Notes under the pieces: generated by a model
What the model saw: only the letters and a program-made list of their open reading frames with translations
Told to the model about the DNA's origin: nothing
Database searches by the model: none
Assembly: GCA_964016885.1 (NCBI GenBank)
Contig: OZ024740.1
Location: forward strand, 158,162,001 to 158,226,000
Reading direction: 5' to 3'
Source of the DNA: Eledone cirrhosa
Taxonomy: Eukaryota
DNA length: 64,000 nt
Program-made: the position numbers and the translations under genes
Shown: in pieces, positions 55,131 to 64,000 of the stretch
How positions within the stretch are numbered: the first letter of the stretch is position 1
How the letters are laid out: every line of letters begins with the position of its first letter

Positions 55131-55872
55131 GGCCGTGCTACCGAGTAGCTTTGCCAGTTCCGGACAAACTCTACAGGCATTGAAGTGCCGTCAGCCGGGC
55201 ATGTCCGAGATGCGCGCAAGGCGACGAAACCGACCTGCATGCACTCGTCCAGTGTCCGAGCATTGCTGACTTGTGGGTTTATGTCGAACACCTGCTGTCG
55301 CGTGTATAACTGATCTGGCTATCAGCTGAGTCCATCGTGAGGATTGCCCCACCCTCTTCCTTTAGCCGGGAAGGGCAGGCAGTTTTTATCTGTCTGGTGG
55401 CCATGGAGAAAGAGATAGTATGGTGGACGCGTCTGAAAGGGCTGAAGGCGAGCACTTACCTCTTCGGTGATGCCCTGATTAACTTTTTCAAATTTCATTT
55501 GAAAAGGAAAATCAGGGTAGAAAGGGGAGTGCTCTCTTCCCAGCATTTTGTTGAAAGATGGGTGAGAGAGGCAAGAATGGCCCGAGTGAATGGACCTACT
55601 CTGAGTATATGCCTGTAAATTGAAGGTGGAAAACTGGGAGAGGGCACTTGCCCTGGTGGTCAGGGTCACCGTAGCTTTTTTTAATGGGCTTTCTCCACGA
55701 TGGCCCTCGGAAGTCTCCGCCCTATTGGGGAATTTTTCATTGTTCTTTTTTTGTTACATCCTCTGTTTTTTGTTTTTTTACACGCAGAAATGCTCATTTG
55801 TACCGTCCTGTATTGTCCTGTACTGTCCTTAATGTCTACTTTGTGTAAACCCTTGTGGTTAATAAAGAAAGC
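55131..55872 (+). mobile_element. 5'-truncated Tx1-type copy between (ATT)n tracts
   Basis: Closely matches 53820-54552. Confidence 0.92.
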
Positions 55873-55891
55873 ATTATTATTAGTATTATTA

Positions 55892-58365
55892 TAGTTGCTT
55901 TTATCTTGCCTTATGTTCATACGAGTTATCACCAAGTCACAACCAGTGACCTCAAGAGACAATAAGGTCCGCCATGTTCAAGAATGAATATACATACACA
56001 CACATGCATCTTTAGGTGTTTAGACTTGTGTTGTACTTATATTGACAGGATCTTCCTTAGTATATGGGCAGTTCCCATTAGTACGATCTTTTGTACTTCT
56101 CCTATACGCGGGTTTCCTGGGATTTGCGATAAGTAATCATTAGACCCCTTAGGTATCATTCCCAGAGCGCCTACAACCACTGGTATTGTTATAGTTCTTA
56201 ATTTCCACATTTTTCCAATTTCTATCTCCAGGTCCTTATACTTGCTCAATTTTTCAAATGTTTTTATAGATACATTCTTGTCTATTGAAACGGACATATC
56301 AATTAGCAGGCATACCCTCTTTTTAAAGTCCTTCAGTATTATATCAGGTCTATTTGCATCTATTTTTCGGTCTGTTTGGATGCTAAAGTTCCACAAGATT
56401 GAGATGTGATCTTTTTCAAGTGGGAGGTGGTTGATGCTCCCACCAATTCTTTTGATGGGGCAGGTCAAAATGCTTACACATTATCCAATGTATGTATTGT
56501 GCAGCTCTGTCATGCCTGTTTAGGTATTCGGTTGGAGCTATAGGACTGCACATTGAAATTATATGATCAATGGTCTCTGGTTGTTTTTTATATACACGGC
56601 ATAATGGGTTGCATCCATTTTTTATTATGTTGGCTTGGTAATATTTTGTAGGCAGACACTGATCTTGTGCTGATATAATCAGTCCTTCTGTCTCCGATTT
56701 CAGTCCAGAGGATGTCAACCACTGATGGGTTAAAGTTTTGTCAACATCAGGATTGTTAGCTCTTTCTGGGTATTTTCCATACAGAGGCTTTTCTTGCCAT
56801 TTCTTAGCCAGTTTCTGTAGCAGTTCTTTCTTTGCAGTTACTTTTACCTGCTTTGCTTTTTCTGTGTTTTCCATTTCAGCAGTAAATGGGACTTCTGAGA
56901 TGTGTAGTCCATTACTGTATCTTTGTGCATCTTTTGTAATGGAGTATGATCTTTTGATGCTTTCATGTTTCAAAACGAGTTTGATCATCCAATCATGTGA
57001 TTCCCTTAGATATGTAGATAATCCAATTGTTGCAGTTTTCAACGCAATATCTAACTGGATTAACCCACCTCCTCCTTCTTTCCTAGGGAGATATATTCTA
57101 TCTGTATCTGCCTTAGGGTGATGCATTCTGTGCATGGTTAAGAATTTTCTATTTTTTGTATCGAGCCTACGGATCTCTGTGCTTGACCAGTTGATGACAT
57201 TGTAACTGTAGGTTACTACTGGTATGGCAAGCGTGTCTATGGCATCGATCCTATTCCTTGCATTGACTTCCGTTCTTAAGATTGCTCTTACTCTGCGGTA
57301 ACATTCCTTCCTTATCCTTTCCCTCATTGTCGAGTGCTTGATTCCGTCTCCTTCACAAACACCTAGATATTTGTAAGTTTCCTCTTGATCAAGTTCTCTT
57401 ATCACATTCCCCCGATCAAGATTAATGTCTGAACTTTTTAGCAGCTTTCCTCTGGTGAACGTTGCTTTGGCGCATTTATCTAGTCCAAACTTCATTTTAA
57501 TGTCATCACTGAACTGCTCCAGGTGGATAATAGCCCTTGCAATTGTTCATCATTTTTTGTAAATAGTTTCAGGTTAATGGTTTTGTCATAGACTTTATAT
57601 CCATGTTTTGTTTCATTGAACATTTTACTTAATGGTATAAGTGCGATGCAGAATAAAAGCGGTGATAAAGAGTCACCCTGAAAAATTCCACAATTAATAT
57701 TAACTTCTCCAGCTTCCAGTGATTTTTTTTCACTATTCAAAAGGAGTGTCGTTTTCCATGTCTTCATACTGAATGACAGGAACCTCCTGACAACGGGAGA
57801 TATTTTGAAAATCTCTAAACATTTTTCAATCCAACTGTGTGGCAAACTATCGAATGCTTTTTTATAATATATCCAAGCAATTGATAGATTTTTGTGTCTA
57901 TTATGACAATCTTCCAGTATCATTTTGTTAACCAAAAGCTGATCTTTACAGCCTCAAGAGACAACAGCTTCGTTTACACCCTTTCTGCTCATTGGGAAAT
58001 AGATCATTTGTTATCAGGTGGTCATATGTATATTCAGTTAGGACTGATGTTAAAATGTTATACATTGTGGTCAAGCAAGTTATCAGTCTGTAATTTTTGG
58101 GATTGTTTGTCTCATCATTCTTCGGAAGCAGGAATGTAATGCCGTTAACTAGCCATGATAGTATCTTTTCTGGCTCCTTAACTATTTCATTGTAAAGTTG
58201 GGTTAACAGCTCATGAGACTCTGTGAAGGCATTTATCCAAGGATTTCCATTTACTGGGTTTTCTAAGAGCCAAAAGCAACTGTTCAACTGTTATATTTTC
58301 CCATATTTATTCCTGAAGGTGAGCTGTATCATTTGTCTGTCTATCCATGGGGCATGTATATTATG
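55892..58365 (-). mobile_element. R4/Dong-type LINE (RT + Zn knuckle + RLE endonuclease), 5'-truncated and decayed, between (TAA)n tracts
   Basis: KKAFDS, GIFQGDSLSPLLF, FGLDKC, YKYLG, ETIDHIIS.C, RHD, RPDII, KLSKYKDL, VVGALG. Confidence 0.92.
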
Positions 58366-58368
58366 AAC

Positions 58369-58424
<56 letters not shown>

Positions 58425-58425
58425 G

Positions 58426-61400
58426 AATGCTATGGTTGACGGAGGCTCGGCTCTGTAAGGTATTGTAAATTTTGACCGCTATAACAATTGTAAATTGTTT
58501 AAAACTTTAACCAAATTGTAGACAAAAACACCCTCCTCCTTGTGAGAGGGGTCTTTCTGTCCGTTATTTGGCCCTTCGGGGTTAAATAACCGTTTATTGG
58601 GGTTTTGTGCCCAATATTTATTTTAAACAAAAAAAACATGGCTACGAAAAAGAATTTTCATAGGTCACTCCCACTCATTCCGTCTACTTCTTCCTCAATC
58701 GTCACTACAGCAGAGAGAAGATTGTCTCTCTCCCTTCCTTCTCTAAATGTGTCTCTCTCCCTCCCTTCTCTTTCGCAAGCGACGCCAGAAAAGAAAAATC
58801 ACGTGCAAAGCGTGCAAGATTTCTCCACGACGACGACGACAACGACGAAAAAGGTGTGCGGGAAATACGAAAACCCATTTCATTCGTCTGACGTCAGGAA
58901 TAATAGCAGTAGCAGCCGTAATAACGGCAGCAGCAGCAACAGTGACAAGGAAAACAACAGTAGCAGCCGCAACAGCATCAGCAGCAGCATAAACAACAAC
59001 AGCATTAGCAGCAACAACAACAGCAGCAGCAGCAACAACAACAACAACCACAGCAACAGCGGCGGCGGCAGTAGTCGTAGTACCTGCAGCAACAACAAAA
59101 GTAACAGCAGCTCTGACGACAACAACAACAACAACAGCAGCAAAGAAAAACCAATCTCGTTTGCAGGTATCGTAACTAATGAGGAATTAGAGGAAGCGAA
59201 GAAGATGGTGACAAAAACCGGACACCGAGCAATCTGCAAGGCCGCCGAAAAATCTTTCGAAACCCAACAGCACTGTACGGTCACGTACCGTACAGTAAGC
59301 ACAAAATCCCGTAGGGTTGAAAGAGCCACAGAGGCTCAAATACAAAAAGCCTTAGGGTCTGTGTGGCAGCGGAAAACGCACATCACCCGAGGCAAGAAAT
59401 ATGCCACCGTAGACGTGCTTTTTGCCACACCCCAGGAGGCGAAGGCTCAATCCTTAGTGACCCTAAGGAGCGAGGAAATGGTGTTGGTGCCCTCCTACTG
59501 CGGGCAAAAAATTGTGAGGGTCAAACTGACCCCCCCCCCCCCCCCGGATGGCCCCTTCTTGGCTGGCCGCGTCTGTCCTCGTCGGAATCGAGGACAAAAC
59601 AACTGTACTGCAAGTACAGAAAAAAGTAAGAGAAGATTGGGTCGGCACCTCCATTGAGATGTTAATCCAAACCAACCAGGAGTGCATCGAAGCTATCCCG
59701 GATGTGATAGACTTCGATAACGGCACTCAACTGCCCATAAGTGTTGAGGGCAAACGCCCGAAATGCTTTCGCTGTGGATCGAAGACTCACCTCAGGGCCT
59801 TCTGCAACGAGAAGACCCTGAGAAAGGAGAAAACCCCCCTCCTTCCGAAACCGGCTCCACGGCTACCAGCAACAGGACAAGCGGCAACCAGGAACGATAG
59901 GTCCGTGGCACCCATACCCACGCCACGGAAATCAAAAACAGCAGCAGCAGTGGAAGTATTAACAACAACAACAGCAATACCAAATGCAGCTGCAACAGAG
60001 ACTCCAGTGCAAACATCACCAACAACAACAAGTGAAAGAGTGGAGCTGGTACCCCTCCCCGACCTCACAGAATCAGACATGGAGTGTGAGGTGGGAGAGG
60101 GATGGAAAAAGGTCGTAAGAAGGCACAAACGCAGAAGCAACTGCAACTGGCAACAGAACGGGAGAATTCCCAGCTCTATGAGCCGAGGAGCAGTGGCACT
60201 GCTGAGAAAGGATCCGAACAAGGGGGATGACATAGATAATTTCAGGCCCATAACTCTGCTAAACAACAGACATGAGGCGCAGACATGCGCCATTCCCGAC
60301 AGATCCATCCACGACAACCTCCACCTCATGCGATACATCGTAGAGAGGGTAGCTAGGGAACCTGGCACGAGTGGGTCCTTGATCAATTTAGATCAGTCGA
60401 AAGCTTTCGATAGGGTCGACCATCGTTACCTAGCGGCAGTCCTGAGGGCGGCTGGCTTTGGGCCCGTCTTCAGAGGCTGGATCGCTGCCATGCACAGCGA
60501 CATCTGCTCTGTGATGAGAGTGAACGGTCACCTTTCGGAACCGTTCAACATCATGCGCTCGGTCCGCCAACGATGTCCCCTCTCGTCCCTCTTGTACGTA
60601 TTCACTCTCGAGCCATTACTGCACAAACTGGAGACGTTGAGAGGCGTCCCGCGCGAACCAGGATGCGGAAAATCAGTGTCAGCATATGCGGACGATGTCA
60701 CCGTAGTGGTGTCGAACGCCAAACACATCGAGGCGATCGGCACTACACTAAGAGAATACGAAGCGGTGACAGGAGCAATGATCAACCAGGAAAAGTCAGT
60801 GGGCCTGCGGCCGGCACCTGGAGAGGCAGGTCCATGCCGTCCAACAGCGTCGTCGGACGCTGGACGGACGGACCGGTTAAATTGCTAGGGGTCTGGTTCG
60901 GTCCGGACCTCCAGACGGACAAAAACTGGGACGAGGTGACGAGCAGGGTGGCTTCTCTCACCCAGAAATGGGCGGAGAGGAAGCTATCCCTGAAAGGTCG
61001 AGCGGAGGTGGCTAACGCGTACATCGCGTCTGTCATCTGCTACCGCCTGACCGTCGTACCTTGTCCTAAGCCCCGCCTGACTGCGCTGGAGCGTTTGCTC
61101 TTTTGCTTTTTGTGGAAGGGACGCGCTCCAATGGTCAGGAGGTCCATCTGCTGTCAACACCCGCTACGTGGAAGGCTGGGAATGCAGAACGGAACGCATT
61201 ATCATGCATCCGTCCTATATGGGTAAAAGGACAGTGAAGGTACGCATTCCCAGCATCCCACCAGGAATGAACATATGATGGCTGATGGGATGCGTAATCG
61301 AGGAGGGGACAGACACTACCCTCCTGGACATCAAAAGGACAGAGAGAGAGGACTGGTCCGGAATGGATTTGGAGATTCTTCTCCAAATGAAACCGGAGGA

Positions 61401-64000
61401 TACGAATAACATCCCGGATTTTGCCCGCCTGCAGGACGGGACAACAATCCAACTAATGATTGACGGAAGAAGGCCACGCTGCTTCGTCTGCAGGGAAGCA
61501 ACGCATCTTCAAGCCTTCTGCCCTCAGCGCAAAAATGCAGGGGGTCGCAAATCTCCTTTGTTGCCAACGCCAGTGTCAGCACGGAAAGCTGCACCACCAC
61601 CACCAAAAACAACATCAACAAAAACACGGACATCAAAAGCAGCCGGATCACCACCAACACCAAAACCAATCCAAGGAGAAAACGAGGAAAGCTCTCCCCC
61701 CCCCCCCAATTATACACATAGACAAAACAATAAACGCACACACAGACACAGAGACACTCACAGACACAGACCCTTTGTCTTCCAGCAGCGAAGATGAAGG
61801 AAAACCCAAAAGTGCAAAAAAACAAAGAAAACTCACAAAAAAAAGCCCCAACAAAACACAAAAACACACACAACAAAAATACAGACACCACTAACGCAAA
61901 CACTTCCCCAATAACATCATCACCAACAGCAACATCGACACCACCTCCACAATCCCCGAAACGCAAATAACCTAATCAAACACAAGTACAAATAAACACA
62001 CAAATACCTGAAATTGCAGACACCACACCTACAACAAACATAGACATACCCGAAACAACACCACCAAAACCATCGCCACCACCTTCACCAAAACGAAAAC
62101 AAATAAAACCACACCAACAAAATGTTAAAAACTTCGTGCTTGTCAGAAGGGCCAACGATAAACTGATGGCCCTCTTAGCGCGAAGCGAGGAGATTCAAAC
62201 AGAGGGGGAGATTTTTGAAATGAGCACATTTTGCGTGCCAGAAGATTTCTGGTCCGAATGTCACTCAATTCCTTCAAAGAAATTCGACAGAGCTTTCCTC
62301 AAGACGTGGGAACCCCGAATGTGAAACCCAAATCAAGACTTTTAAAGGGGTTCCCAAAAGAAACCCCACCAACCATGGAGGTAGAACCACCCGACCTTCA
62401 CAAGACCCGGGAGGTAAGTAAACCTTCCCTATCTCTCTCTTAGCTTACCAATATGGCCATATTAAGAGTAGGAAGTTTAAATGTTCGCGGCCTGGGGTCA
62501 CCCTGGAAGCAGGGTCGCCTGCTCAACGACCTCCGGTCGCTGGAAATGGATGTGATTGCCGTAAGCGAGACCAGAATTTCCGACACGCGCGCACTAGCTC
62601 CCATTTTCAACTACTATCATATCTTCGCATCTGTTAGCAGGCCGGGAATGGGGGGTGGGGTGGCAGTGCTGTTTAGGAAAGGACTGGATCTCGAGGTCGA
62701 TCTTCCGGGACCCGGACGGTAAGTTGGTGGTCTTGGATGTGAGCAGTAGCGAAGGTGGTGCCTTTAGACTGCTGGCCGTCTACGCCCCTACAGGGGCCGA
62801 ACGACCTGACTTCTTTAGGCGCCTGGAGACCTTTCTGGGTACTTCTCGCCCTTTATTGTTAGCGGGAGACTGGAATGGCATCTTAGACGCACGCTGGGAT
62901 TGTGTGGGAGTAGCCGATAGGAGCGGGGGGTGCAAAAGCCTCAAGCACCTACTCAGCCAGTTCCAACTGTCTGACAGGTATCGACTAGATTTTCCCAATG
63001 TGCCAGTATGGACATGGACCAACCGAATGGGGTCATCTAGATCGTATATAGACAGGATCTTCATTAGGAAAATAGATAGAAATAGTGTGGGCTGTCCACT
63101 TTTTAAAACGGTCGCCTATTCAGATCACAAATTTGTGATCTGTACGGTCGACCTAAATAAAACGCGTAGGTTAGGACCGGGTTACTGGAAGCTGAACATG
63201 TCATTTCCGGCACGTAAGGCTTACAGGGACCGAGTCAACAATTTAGTTAAGCAAAAGTTGACAGGGGGGGATCATCAACAACAGATGGTGGGTGGCTCTC
63301 AAAAGAGAGATTAGAGTAACTTCGATAGAGTTCAGCAAAGAACTAGCGTTAGAGAAAAATAGAAAGGAGGGGGAGCTGGTAGATAAGTTAGACGAGGCTA
63401 TTTGTAGTGGCATCGCAACTGACGTGCTAGCGGCGAGAATGGCATTAGACCATTTCTTCAATGCCAAACACGAAGGTTGCATTGTCAGAGCTAAGGCGCG
63501 TGCGCTGAGAAACGAGGGAACTAAAGCTGTTCGATGGGCCCGCGTGGTGGAGGCGCAGCATGGTAATAAAACCACAATTCGGTCTTTGGCGGACCGAGAC
63601 GGACACGAGATAAGCGATTCCAAGCGGATGTGTGAGGCCTTTCGCCAGCACTTTGCTCGGTTGTTCAGAGAGAGTGGCGAGTTAGAGAGAGTAGCGGATT
63701 TCAGTCCCTACCTTGACGGCTTGCCGCGCATCTCGACGGTCGACGCTGAGCGCTGCGAAAAGCCGATTACTTCAGCCGAAATTCAGGACGCCCTTGTCGG
63801 CTGCATGAGGCGCAAGTCACCCGGTTTGGATGGCCTGCCCTACGAGCTTTACGTAAATATGCCAGACTTGTTCTCTGAACTCCTCGAAGCACTCTACTGC
63901 AACTGGCAGCAGAATGGGAGTATTCCCAGTTCTGTGAGCAGGGGAGTGGTGACGCTGATAAGGAAAGACGAGAACAAGAGGGATACATTAGACAGCTTCG
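58426..64000 (+). mobile_element. Mosaic of Tx1-type LINE pieces (ORF1 - RT fragment - second ORF1 - ORF2), running off the window
   Basis: ORF1 58638-~60137 (CFRCGSKTHLRAFC), RT ~60138-61184, second ORF1 ~61185-62443 (CFVCREATHLQAFC), ORF2 from 62453. Confidence 0.88.
62453..64000 (+). pseudogene. Tx1-type ORF2 N-terminal half (APE to start of RT), frameshifted
   Basis: NVRGL, GDWN, SYIDR, SDH, YWKLN, KSPGLDGLP. Confidence 0.9.

Overview
This is AT-rich animal genomic DNA made almost entirely of repeats. The compound (TA)n/(TG)n/(TATG)n tracts, the tRNA-derived SINE and the R4/Dong LINEs suggest an octopod cephalopod (inference). No host protein-coding gene can be supported, and most ORFs in the track are microsatellite artefacts. 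Main content: (i) two Penelope-like elements (RT + GIY-YIG) with inverted terminal copies, one with 2.4-kb arms and a flipped RT core; (ii) about 10 type I hammerhead ribozyme (HHR) motifs, several in short non-coding units or fold-back palindromes in (TA)n; (iii) several L1/Tx1-type LINEs anchored in (ATT)n or (TATC)n, interleaved with R4/Dong-type RLE LINEs; (iv) more than 12 copies of one SINE; (v) MITEs and a Helitron array. Best leads: a 525-nt HHR unit whose 5' end lies at the ribozyme cleavage site; palindromes that fold back at HHR stem II; a GT..AG micro-intron-like signal between ORF1 and ORF2 in three divergent Tx1 copies; and a shared SINE/Tx1 3' end. All alignments and folds were done by eye.
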